Shown piece by piece: positions 35,723-48,700 of a stretch of 64,000 nt of DNA. The DNA lies in NCBI GenBank assembly GCA_036172245.1, contig JAYWIR010000047.1, forward strand, positions 682,001-746,000, given 5' to 3'. How positions within the stretch are numbered: the stretch's first letter is position 1; the number at the start of each line of letters is the position of its first letter. Below the pieces are notes generated by a model. That model did no database searches and was not told the origin of the DNA. It was given only the letters and a program-made list of their open reading frames with translations. A program made the position numbers and the translations under genes. Source of the stretch: Raillietiella orientalis. Its lineage: Eukaryota.

Positions 35723-38700
35723 TTTCCAAATATCTAATAACTAAGCACTAATATACATAAAAGTGAAATAAATTCGTAATAAAGCTCAAGAATACTTTAA
35801 AATATAAAAGCTCAAAACATAGTGTTACGTGTCTAAAGATAGTAATAATTCCGTACTAAATTCATTATTTGATTCCACGGTCTTTTCGATCTTTGTTGTT
35901 ATTATGCATATCTTCCATTGATTTTCATTTATTTTAATCTTATTCCAATTGCGATATAATGGAATTTTCATTCAGATCACAAAACCAATATCATGACGTG
36001 AATTGTGAGCTGGAACTGCCTAAGTGAAATAAACATTTGCATTGCTTCTGCTTGCAAATAAAAACACAGAAAGCCTACTGCTACAGCGAAAATGAATTAA
36101 TTTTTTCATTATTTCGTGACATTCAAAAGCACCAATAACTACAATTTGATCAACGGAACTGATGTTAATTTTAGAGTGATGTTACGGATAAAAGTTTCTT
36201 GAGGAAATTTTTGAAGAAACAGCGAATAATAAACATTCGCTGTAGTTGTTTCAATAATTGAAACAATTACAGTAAGACTATATAATTGGTAGCATATTTG
36301 GTGTATTCTTGATAATTTATAAGGAAACAAAAATACTGATACTTGAAAAATCTGATTTGTATTTTAGGAAAAGCTCTCATACGTCAAAGAAGCACAACAG
36401 AACACTTATGTCAAATCTTGATAAATCAACTTGTTTGGCAATCCAAGTGCTAAAATTTGATACTTCATTTGCAGGTGAGAAGACACTTTTTTTTTTCCAT
36501 CCAAATTGGCAAAACTCAGATAAAGCATATAGAATATTCATCCAAGAATGGAATTCTACTTTATTCTACTTATTTATTTTTCTAGGGATGATAATATTAC
36601 TCGAAGCGATGATAGAATATAATGGCAGTGATCATGATAATAACCTCCCTAAAGTAACTCAAGTATGATGCAAGTAAACAAATCCACGACCCCCCAATCC
36701 ACTCTCAATCCATAGTCTTCTGCTGGTCTGCCATAACGACAATAAAACTCTCTTCGGAAGAACTTGGAAATCTCAGAAATACATTGCAACCACATAGTCA
36801 TACGCTTTATTCCTTTTATCGAGACAGGAAAATCCACATATTAAATCCTTTCGATGGCATGAAAACAACATATGCCAACAGGGTTATAAAACCCATGGCA
36901 GTGCCATAAAATAGTCAGTATAGATACAGAGGATGAGGTAAGTAAATTCATAGGTTAAAAGAAAGGAAAACATGATGATGATTAGAAACAGGATCATGCT
37001 TCAATTTAGGAAATATCTGTGAAAAAAAGTAGTAAGCCAATATCATTTTGCAGAAACATCATACGCCATTGCATGTTAGGGAAATGAAGCTGGAGCATTT
37101 ACTAAACTGTTGGGGCCGATAAGCTACTCGTTCCTATGCAATGCAATGTCGATTCCTGGATTCATGCACCTTGGAAGATTTCATTCCGTATTTCTGTTGC
37201 TATGGAGCAATCGCTTACTGGAAAGCACTTCCACCTGTGACAGTCTTGTCTGTGATTGGAATGTTCGAGACTTGGAAATGAATATTGTCTTTATAGTTCA
37301 TTAAACAACTCCTCGTGACTCGTGGTTACTGTATTCACTTATCGTGCACATTTTTTCCAAAAATATGACTCAAGGAGTAACTTAGTCGAGCACAAGAACA
37401 TCTGCACCAGCTGATAAATTTGTGGATTTTTATTTGAGTGTTATCTTCTTGATCTTCCATTTCGCCTAATAGGGTGAACTTCGTTAAGTCTATTGGATTT
37501 GCTCATCTGAAACACTTTCAACTTCGGAAATACTGAATTGCAAATTATCATATCGCAAACAGATCTATAAACGTGTGGTGAAGAACAAGATTTGTATTCC
37601 TTTGTGGAGTTCCTTGTAAGTCCGTAGCATTTACTGAGCCCTCAGTGTCCTTTAAAATGTCTTTCTTTTGTCCTATGCCATTGAACTCTGAAGTTCGGCT
37701 CACCAAAGTCACTTTATGAACAAAGAGATCATTAAGATATCTATCCTAATTTAATTGCAGTATATGAATCTCGAGGGTTCTGCCATATGAAAAATCATTC
37801 TCCTGGAGCACCATAGCTGGACTAGTTAGTCTGGTCCAAGCCATTTAAAAACAGCGTATGAATATTCATCTCAATGCAATTATGCTAATACAACTGAGGA
37901 AGCTTGTAAACCACCAGCTCCCTTGTTACGATACTTCCCAAGTTCTTGACTAGGATTTGCACACAGAAAAAGCGTGCATTTAAAAAGATGCAAAATGTCA
38001 CATTGCTAAATTTAAAGGGGAGTCTGATAGAGCTAGCTAGAGTTCTTTCACTTTATCTTCCAGTTTTAGATAGGAATTTTCAAGTGGTATAAGTGATTCC
38101 TGTAGGAGCGAAAATCTTTATATGACTTCAGCTGATATCACTCGATTGAAATTGTCATATGTTCGAAGAAAATTAAATCAGCATTTCATTTGATTCTATT
38201 AGTAATATATATCGGAATATAATAGGGACAAATCAAATTGAATCAAATACTCGTCTCAGCAGATAAGCCTTTTTCCCAATAAGTTAAAACCTCCTGACAT
38301 CAAAGGAAAGATGCCCAAGACAACTCCTGAATTAGTTTCAATGAAAATTGTGACGAATGAAGAACGCAATCTGTAAGAGAAAAGACTGCGAGAACATGTT
38401 CCTTAGGGACCAGGCACCTCAAACGTAGACGATGTGGGACAGAGAGGTAAGAAAGAACACGGTATGATGGGAATACTAAATCCAGACTCGAGAAAGTTTC
38501 AAAGCCTACAGAAACGATCACTGGAAAATGATGTTGAACACGCTAACAGGCGCATAATAAGCGTAACCGAGAGCTGTCTTTCGTATTGGAAGCTGTTGGT
38601 CCTTACGAGCCCAACAGCGATGGAAGAGCAAGGCGCAAAAAAAGAGAACAAATGTCGCGAAATGACTCTACCCTTCTCTACTGTAAGGGCAATCGTTGTA

Positions 38701-40544
38701 GAATCCCTGGAATCTTGGAATCCAAGAACCGATGAAGTGTTCAAGGAAGTGAGAGGAAATGCTCAAGAGGAAGGTGGGAGTACATCAGGGGAGGAATAGT
38801 GTGATCAAACATACAGTATTCTCGAGATATACACTAGCTACATCGTAACGCTCCTAACGGAAGAACCTCCGAAAAATCACAGGTGCAGAAGAGAAGAGAA
38901 AGGGGAAGGAGACAAGCACGAGGTAGCTAAGAGGAAATGAAAAGGCTCATTCCGGAAAGCGCAGAAACTCGACGGAGATCAGTGGGTTTTCAGAAACCAG
39001 TAGAAAATTCGGGGTTTCGTTTAAGCAGCAGTCACAGGGGATTCCATCTTCCTTTATACTTGAGGGAGTTTCATGTTCGTTGTTCAAATCATTCCAGGTC
39101 TGTTCCAGCGAAGGTGTGAACCTCTGTCGACGATTGCCAGAAACTCGCAGGAACTTAACACGAGTTTCCAAGTAAATAAGAAGCTGCTGCATGCAACCGG
39201 GGTTCGAATTAAACCTTTGGAAGAGAAAACTGCAACGATCTTGATGGGCTTTTGAATTCAAACTCTTAGAGAGTGGAAGAGCGGCACGAAGATCAAACAC
39301 CAACGCAACTACTTCAGGGTTCACTTTGTAACCATCGGATCGACCCGAGCGGACTTTCGGAAAGGTTTGGCAAAATGAACTGCTTGATGTCATGGAATCA
39401 TATGGCACTTGGCTGCGACAAAGGAAAAGCTGAAACACCGAAGAAAAGTTGGATCAGTAGTTTTGAGCAAAGAGAATTGCCGCGGTTTCATAGTGCAAAA
39501 TTCATGTGCTACCTACAAGTTCGCATACTCAGTGTGCTTGAAAACACTCTTCTGAATCGATTCTACGGGAAGCTTGGCCGATAAAGCAAAGGTTTTTCCA
39601 GGGAAACTTCTTTTCGTAACTCTCGAGATAGAACCATTTTTCAGTTCTTCACTAGAGACAGGCAGTATGACACCTTATCCCATCGTGTTCGTGGTGCAAT
39701 CTTATCCAGAATTCCACATTCAGTCTGCAGTCTGCTCCATAATTCTCAACAAAAGAATCCATCCTTAACTACACTTGGATTGTCCCATTCTGCACTCCGG
39801 ACACATTCTTCGCCCGAAATAAGCGTATCAGTCTTCAGATAACAGCTTGCTTATTTCTACAGGTTGTTCAAGTGCGAAAGTTTTTTTTGTTTTTTTAATT
39901 CTACATAAACCTGGAAACTGTCTTTGGTTCTTCTCTGAACTAATTAGGATGGCCCCTCACTTCCTAGGACCACGAAGTTCTCCCTGTTCGATGTTTTCAA
40001 ACAGAATCATCAAACGCAAAGCAAGAAAAGCATTGACGATTTTGATTTTGAGAAGGCCTGATGAAAAGCTACAAAACCCACATTCCTAGAAGGAAAAAAC
40101 TTATTTACGTACAGACGTTTCCTTATCATCCAATCCGTTTCCTCTTTTCTCTTACGGAATCATGAGAAGTGTATGTGCTAACTTGAACCATCATCATCAC
40201 AGCCGAGATGCGTCTCATTCATTAGTAGGTGTCTTGGTCTATTCGATTCTACTTTTCAGTTTCTGTGCAAAAAATGAGGCTCACATCGTGAGAAGTATTT
40301 TCAGGACAATCATCATGTCATGTATCTAATGGCACTCTTTTGTCTATTTTTTTTTCTAATATCACATCGTCTTGTGGTCAGATCTCTTTATTAATTGCCA
40401 TAATTTTTCCGATCTTTGGGTTCATTCACTTTTAAGCAGAATCAGGATAATGAAGCTTAAATATTTCGTGCATTCAAATTGGACTTTACTCATTAGTGAA
40501 ACATTTTCAAAGATTACTTTCACTCCTTAAAAAAGGTGTTTATT

Positions 40545-40898
40545 TCATATAGGAATGACAATGTGCAGATTATTGGAGATGACAGTTCCTAAGCGGGAAA
40601 ACCAAGCTTTTACAAACATTAGAAAATCTGAAACTTCTTCGAATATGATGCACTTCACATAAGTGTAATTACTGAATACCTCCCACTGATCTTCTGCGAT
40701 GCCCAGAGCTCTTTTGATTCTTGTTACAATTCCCAAATTAACTCCACACCTAGTTAGAGGACTATTTGCATAAATTTCATGCACGCTGATGGAAAATATA
40801 TCATCCCTAATTTTTCCTATGTTGTCACGCCATGCATAGATGGCATACACAATGACAAATAAACCCACAATCTTGGTTACAAGAATAATACGACGCAT
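40545..40898 (-). CDS. Hypothetical 117-aa protein with an N-terminal signal anchor (orphan ORF)
   Basis: The ORF is unusually long for AT-rich DNA. MRRIILVTKIVGLFVIVYAIYAWRD gives a basic N-terminus followed by a hydrophobic helix. An AAAATGGCTGC (YY1-like) motif lies about 90 nt upstream. I recognise no homology. Confidence 0.35.
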   Translation of the reverse strand: MRRIILVTKIVGLFVIVYAIYAWRDNIGKIRDDIFSISVHEIYANSPLTRCGVNLGIVTRIKRALGIAEDQWEVFSNYTYVKCIIFEEVSDFLMFVKAWFSRLGTVISNNLHIVIPI

Positions 40899-43800
40899 TT
40901 CACTATTCAAATATCACTCAAACACCATTCAAATACCAAAGAACTGTAATGTTGAAAATCTCGATTGGAAACCTTTACTTGCTGAAGCAGCCATTTTGGT
41001 TGCATTGTTAGACTCTTAGATGCCAGAGTAAAATCATATTCATAATTTATCTATCATTAGCATCCATCCCAACTGGTGCAATTCACACATAACTGAAGTT
41101 TTTTTTCTTCTAAGTGAGTTAATTAACTTTCTTTGATTGATTTGTGAACATTCACAGCAAAACACGATCTTTTCGGTCAACACAGTCAAAAAACTGCATC
41201 AACTGAAATGCTGAAAGCAAGCTGAGAAATGCATAAGTCCTGAATGAGTATACAAAGCTGCAAATCATTTCCTGAATCTCTATATTTGTTTCGTATGGGC
41301 AGAAGGATAGATGGGTACAAGCATACATATTCCTGCATGTGTGTGCTCTGAACATATACACACCTAATGTGGCTTTCGCACACGAGTTTGCCGAGTTATT
41401 TTCCTTATGTTCGGTCCCGATGTAGATGTGTATTTTAGACCTCACCTTCAAAATGCTTTCTTTTGGTGATCGAGTAAGTTGTTTGAGCGCTTGCTTGGTT
41501 CCGGATGTTCAAAACCGGTTAGCTTTTTTTCTCTTCATGTTTGTTTACCTGGGAATCACTGGATGAAAATTCAGACGTTGGATTGAAAGACTGATGTGCG
41601 AACTACCTTAGTGGATCACGAGGGAAGGAGAGAGTGCTCCTTTTGGAATCTTTTTGAAATCGTTTCGCTCACTTCATAAGATTCTTCACTTCCAGGTGCC
41701 AAAAACACGATCGCTGGTGTCTGTGGCCAAGAGGCTTGGCTTTAGCGACTTCACTTCGATCGATCATTCGATGAAAAGTCTTTCAGCTCCCGTTTCTTCT
41801 TTTCAAAAAGGTGCCTTCCGTGCCTCAGCTAATGTAGCCGAAAAAACGTATGTCAGAAAAGTTCTCAACCTGTCATACGGCGCTCGCTATTCTTCGTTTG
41901 GTCACGCCAGTCTTTTAGAGGGAAAAACAGCTCCTGGGAGGCTCCTGGCAGACGCCGCAGAGTGCACGTGAGGCACGCGGACTGCAGTAGCAAGCAGCTG
42001 CTTTTGCCACGCCGTGGAGGGGAACCCGCTCTGAACCACCAAGTCCCCAAGACCTGCTTCCTTCCCTCCTCGGGTCTCTTCAGGGTTTTCGGGGTGTACG
42101 TGTTTTTTGTTTCTTTCATCTGGAGGCTGAATTGACGAGGCGGAAGTAGGTCGATTGCAAGGTTACCCTCTCGAAAGACCTTGGAAACGGAGCGCGCGGA
42201 GCACATGGAGAGATTCCTCTTGGTTCACGCACAACCACTCCTCTCCCTCATCCTACTAGATGAAATAGGCAAGTAGTTTCGCCTTGACTGCGGCATGACC
42301 TTGGAACGCACTACCGAGATGCCTGGTTCTCCACGCGGTCCACCTGTTTTCCTCTTAATGACGTCTTACCCGTTTCCAGAAACGCGTTCACCTGTGTGCG
42401 GATCAGCTGCGCGCAGGTGAAGCAGTGATTAAACAGGGAGTGGATAGGAAGGTAGGCGTGCTGGGAAGGATGCTCTGGTCGTCGATGCGGGGGGGGGGAA
42501 GAGGAGGAGAAGGAGGAAGAAGAAGCAGAAGGGAGCGGTCGCAAGTCGGTCGTCCTCCGCTAAAGGCCGGCCGAGAGACATCCGCAGAGTCACGGATCGG
42601 TTCGCTCCCTCCGGGGGCACGGGCGGCATCTCGGAGTGACGTCAACCGTCGAAGTAGGAGGAGGTCGATGCTCCCCCCGTCCCGCCGGCAGCGCCCTCCG
42701 AACTCACGCATTCGAACAAGAGACGGGAAAGGGAGATCAAGTTCGATGTTGCGCGCGCACACGGCGCCGGGAGCAGCAGGGCTACGAGCTCTGGAGAGGC
42801 ACGACTTGGTGGCAGGACCACAAAAGGGCCCTTCTGCGGAGCTGGAGAACGAGTGGGCAAGGGGCAAGAGAGGAATGAACGGAGATGAGTGAGCGGAAGT
42901 TACCGGGGGAATCGGGCGGAATGAGATGTTGAGGACGAATGCTGCCCCGATGGTGGGGAAGGACCTCCGTCCCCTCTTCGGCGATGGCGCCTGCCTGCCT
43001 CCTCTGCATCTGTTCTCCTTCCCCACGTCATGGACCCGAAGGAGCCAGCCAGAAAGGATGGGAGTCGTGAAGGGACCTTAGAGGCACGAGGTCCTCGGGT
43101 CGCAAGCGCGTAGCGGCAGGGGAGGCGGCCGGCCGGCCACCTTTCCGGAATCCGCGGTCGTCAAGGAAACGAATTGAGGGAAGAATAGAGGAGGCAGGAA
43201 GAGGAGACAAAGGAGAGGAGTGGTCCAGGAAGAATGAAAATGACCTTCATCCTGCACTGGCGCCGTTGGCGAGGCTGTGCGACCCAGGGAACGGCCGCTG
43301 AACGACCTGCGGTGGAAGCCACCTGGCGCAGCTATCCATTGGTCAACCGCCGGCCGCACGCGATCTTCTCCCCACCTCCCTCCGGCCTTCCTGTGCGTGG
43401 ATGAGCCCTTATGGCCTTCGCAGGAGCCTCCGAGGAGGGTCGCCGCTCTCAAAGGGGAACGAAGAATGCCCCTGGAAGGGCGCGGTCAAAGCCGCCGCTC
43501 AGCAGCCCATCACGGATCCCCCGTGGTCAGGGGGGTCAGTGAAAAAGAGGAGGAGGAGAAATCGACCTCGTCCTTTTGCAGTCGCCAGCAAGAGCGCGCT
43601 TGGGGGGAGCCCCGAATCAAACAACAGGCGACAGCCCTCGGGGAGTTCCTTGAGGCAACAAAACCCTTTCCTCTGGAGTAAAGGCGTTCCGGGAGTGGCC
43701 CGGACAGAGGCGCCCCGTTATCCCGAGGAGGGCAGGAGGGAACAGGGCAAACCGTTCAGAAGCACCCCTTCTCTTCCCCCCTCGTCTCTGGGGTCTGCGG

Positions 43801-45540
43801 CAACGCGCCCTCTGCGGCGAACGTGACCTTGGATACCGAGCGCGCCTTTCCAGTTTCCCGAAAACCAGGGCAAAGAAGTGACGGGGAACTGCCTCTCTAC
43901 TGGTCAGCTGGCAGGTGGGGATCCAAACGGATTGTGCGGGTCATTCCCGTAGGTCACGAGGCAGAAGTCACGTAGGGTGGGACTTGCTCGACGCACTCCC
44001 GCCTTTCCCCGCGAGGTTATCAACTTTCGTCCCAAGGTGACCTCGAGACCTCCCGTCGTGAACGCCTGTGGTCAACAGTATACGTGGGCGGAGAAGCGCA
44101 GCCCTCGGATCTGCCGGCAGCAAGCACGGCCAGAGGGGGAGGGGGGGGGGAGAGACCGAGAGCGCTTGCGCCCTAGCAGCAGCACTGGGAGTGGAGCTGC
44201 GTGTCCCGCTGTCTCCTCGCCGACGCAGGGCGTCGTGACGATCGCGCAGGGAGCAACCTCCGAACTCCAGTGGTCGAGGCTGAGGGCACGCCCCTGGCGC
44301 CGTCCACCTTTCCCTTCTGCCGCATTCCCCGGCAACGCGACCCCTCGAAAGGCGTCCGCCATCCCTCCGGCGCTCCTGCTGATTCGACCCTTTGAGAGGA
44401 CAGCCAGCCCTGGAAGACCTCAACTGTGACCACCGACCGATATGGGGGCGGTCCGCTACTCTTTGCCGCAGCGGGAGGGGGGGGGGAAGAGACCCACTGC
44501 TTCAAAGAATGCCGCTCTCCGAATGCCCCCTTAGGGGAAATCCCGGATACCCTCTCTTCACCATCTGCACCCCCCTTCCTCTCCACGAGGAGATCCGGCA
44601 CAGGAACGCATGGACCACGGAGCGGCTGCAAGTGGTGTCCCCTCCGATTGCCAGGAGACAATGGCGGCGACGACGTCTGCCACATTTCGATCCATCTGCA
44701 ACAAGGGTAAGGATCGCATCAAGGATCAGTCCGTGGTGGCACTTCTCCGTGCGGTGGCTCTTCCTGCCGGTGGTGCGGACCTTAGAAGGAGGGAAGCGGT
44801 AACAGAGCTCCGCTGCGAAATGTTAACGGGAATGGTGGGTGGGGGAAAAGCGTCAGGGCCGTGAATCGGTCTTGCACGGTGGCGCGCTCGACTTCCTGGC
44901 GAGGGCGGCGACGCCTCGGCCGGGGAATCCGGCGAACAGCTCGTTGCGGGGTGCTCGTCCCAGAAACCCTTCCACGGAAAGTACTGCATGGGCCCGGGGT
45001 CTGCTCCTTCAGAGCTTCGGAGGCGCACAAGTGCTGCCGCGACGTGCCCTCCGAGTTCTCAACCCCTCCCTCCCGCGACCTCTCCCCAGTCTCGCCTCGA
45101 GGTCGCCTCCGACCCGGCCGCGCGTGCTAAGCGACGTTGGAGACCGAGAGTCTCCAAGACAGGCGGTGATCCCTTCTCGCGGGCGTGCTCCGGGAGCCCG
45201 CGGGCCTGGGAGCGCGGCCGGCAGTAGGGGCTGCGGCACCTGCGAGAGGAGTTCGCGCGCATCCAGGGAAAGCCGTCCAGAACCCCCTAGGGGAGGATGG
45301 CCGTCGTCGGCGACTCGAGAGCGATCGCTGCCATGCCGTGGTGCCAACGCAAGCGCGCTGCTTACTCTGTGTACAGCGGAGCGCGCGCATCCGATCCGAG
45401 GGCAACCGAAGTAGGCCGCTGCGCGGGAACCCTTCGATCCCAGAAAGCCAAGAGAGAAGGAGGGATCCAAGATCGGATGGGGGAAAAGAAAAAAAAAAAA
45501 TGCATTCATCACTTGTGAAAGTGCAACTACGGATAGTTGT

Positions 45541-45717
45541 TTATCATAGAAGACATCGTAGACATTCAGAATGCTGCACATGAGCAGAGATAGCAGATAA
45601 GCGGCATAGCCTGACTGATAACAGCACGAGGTCGCCAACCATTATTTACTTATCGAAGAAACGCCAACTTCGACCACGAGTCGCGCGCCCACTTTGTTAT
45701 CTCTGGAAACGCCAACT
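45541..45717. promoter_or_regulatory. Cluster of GATA-factor sites (candidate enhancer)
   Basis: Five WGATAR matches at 45541, 45588, 45595, 45616 and 45697, plus a repeated GAAACGCCAACT at about 45658 and 45706. Confidence 0.5.
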
Positions 45718-48700
45718 CCCTTCTGGGCTGCAACCGCATTCCCTGAGACAAACCTCGTGGCTGATGCATCGGTGCAAACGCACTGCGGTCCAGATCACAC
45801 ACCCCTTCTGCTGCGGATGGATCGAAGGACCGTTGTCGCAGAGATCACAGAAAATCCGTTCCGAAGAGGCCAGACGTGACCCCGCGGCCGAATCTTTCGG
45901 AACCACTCATCTGGAAGGAGCTTCTTCCATTCCTTTCTACCACAAAGGAAACACCCTCTCCAACCAGTAGTCGGCCCGGGCGTTGAGATTATGAACTTCT
46001 TTGGACCAAACTCCAGCGAGCACCACCGCTTGTTTAACTTCCTGCTTATCAACGTTCAGATTATGTGGAAACAGCTTGGCAAGCGCAATTCCGAGCGATG
46101 GCTTGCACGAATTTGACGCACTTTGTGAACATCCGGAAGCAGCAATTAAAAGCGGGCGGTTTCTCGGCTTGTGAAATTTGCAAGACTGCAATTCAATAAG
46201 CCGATAGCTGGCGAAGGCTCGTGGCCTCCTACGCTTCCCGGATCCACTAGATTCACGGTGCAGCCTCTTTACCGCGTGCGCTTCGCAAGGGCATTCCCAG
46301 TTGATTCCCGAGGGGAAATGGACCATCTCACGAGAATTCAAGCAAGTAAAAACAAAAACACATAAAAACATCGAAGTAAAAACAGCCCGCCATTATTATT
46401 TCCATTATGATTTTTTTTTTTTTTTAATTTGCACCCATCACAGTTCATGCTGGCAATGGAGCTATGCACCATTTTCTTGAAAATCGGATCAAAGTTTCGG
46501 CAAGACACTGTCAAAGGCAAGAGGCAAATGGCCCAAGTAAATGGAAGAAGGGCTTTTTTTCAGCAAATCACCGGATGCACAAATTGGAAGCAAATAATTA
46601 AGCAAAACGGGGAAGGGGAGCAGGAAGGGGTGTCTGCGGCATTTCTTCCATGAACAACCTCTTTCGAATGACTGAAATAGGCCACCGAAGCGCGACAAAA
46701 CATAGCTCATGGTGGATCAGCAATGAGTACGTGGACCCATGGCCACTAAAAGGGGGAAATGGTGCATATTAGAAAAAGCAATCAGATAATGGAGGAAAGG
46801 TGCTTTTCATTCAGAGAGGAGGAAAGGAGAATCATTGGGTATTTCGAGGTGGGGGAAGCAACGGAGGAGCATTGAAGGCCCAGGGGGGGTTCGAGACACC
46901 ATCCAACTGCAAATTGCAACGAAAACGGCAAGGTATCGATCGGAAGAAACGGTCGCTTTCGCCGCAGGCAGGGCTCCTTTTGCTTAACAGGAGTTGCCAC
47001 CATGGCGCAGCGTTCCCAGAGACGCGAAGGCGGGTGCGATCTCTGAAAAAGCCATGCGGGCGAGCGGAGTTACCGAGGTTTCCTGGAGGGGTTTGGGAAG
47101 AGACGGGAAGAGCCAAGAGGCGACTGATAGGAGGAAAGACGTCCAGCCTCGACCCAGAAGTCACACTACCTGAAGACGTTGTTCTGTCCATCTCCCAGTG
47201 CTGATTGTGTGACGCCTCGCACGGGTGCCACCACGCTGTCACGGGAATCTCAGATCTGAGACTGATCACAGACCCGGGGCCAAAATCAGCCTGCACATTC
47301 TCCTCTGATCTGGGATCAGTGGTTCAACTCAGCATGGGCGAGGATGGAATCTTTGCGCGATTCGGGGAGAGGAAACCTCCCAGGGGATCAAAGAGGGATG
47401 CACCGCCACTCCAGTGGGTTCTACAGAAGCTCGCCCTCACTCGAAAGGGATACCCGAGACCTCTGTATCGGCTCGGTGTTCTGTAAGGGGGTCCAAAGAG
47501 GAGATCGGAAAGGGATGGGGAGTGCGTGGGAGGATCGAACCGCGCAAAATCGGCCGGACACTGCTCACGAAACGAGGGCAGGTTGACGCAACCTCGGGTG
47601 ACTTAAGGGCAAGGGGAAAACAACAATCCTTCGTTGGAATCCGAGGAGAGCCGTTCTTGTTAAGGGACGCTAGCTTGTGGACAGGGAGGGAAGAGGTGGG
47701 CAGTAGGGGGAAAGTCGTGGGCGGGACCCTCGTGCGGCTACGACCGATGATTTTCGCTTCCTTCCTTTACGTTTGCCGCAAATATCCTTCGGGCGCGCGG
47801 ATCGGGCGGCAGCGCGTAGGGAGGGGTATCGCATCGGGGGAGAGGCCCCTGCACTCCCACCCACAGCGTGTGGCAGCTAGGTAGCTCGGTGATGGCCTTG
47901 CTGTAGGGAAGCGACGCGTCGTTCGGGACTGCGTGGCTGCAAAATGAGGGAAGGAGAGCGTCTATGGAGCGACGGTAGGTCCCGCTCGGCAGTCAACATG
48001 CACCGGAACGACCGGGGAAGTCGCCCCTTCCGAATGGCTGCGGTGGTCCGTCTGGAAGACGGGACGGCCCCGTGGAACGGCCCACGGGATCGGTCAATCC
48101 GCAGCTCGAATTCCGCACGTCCCCGTGCGAAAAGCGTCTCCACGATGACCGAAGCGCTTACGAGTCGGAGCACATGCGGTTCGGCGAGACCGCAGAGGGA
48201 CAAAATCCTCGTTATCTTCGGAGCTCCGAAACAGGATGGACCCCCCTCTATCTCTGGAAAAGAGGCTTCGCAGCTTCCGATACTGCCATCCAAGCCGCGC
48301 AGGACCGCAAGGAAAAGAATCGGGGAGGAGGAGATGGCTGCAGTTCCGCTGGCAGTCGTCAGGAGGCACTTTCAACGCTGAAGTCGGTCGGTCGACCGCG
48401 TATCCCTGTCACAGCAGCTTGCCAAAGGGACGCGGCAGGACCGCAGGAGACCCTGAGCATTGCCTGCAACGACATGACCTCCTCGTGGTCTTCTCCGACA
48501 CACAGCACGGCCACAGCAGGCCGGGGGCGACGGCGATGTCTTCGAAAAGGAGAGGGACGCTCACCCGTGACCGGTGGAGAGAGGCTGACGCGAAAGGAGG
48601 ATGGGGAAAGGGTTGGGGCGGAAGAACAGGGTCCGCGCGCGTGCGGCAACCGAGGGCCTCTAGCAGTTCCCAAGCCCCCAGCACAGCGCCACCTCCGCGT

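Noticed and set aside
40418..40432. Ecdysone response element-like GGGTTCATTCACTT
   Set aside because: The second half-site is poor and it lies far from E74. I saw no convincing IR1 EcRE by eye, though a PWM scan is needed.
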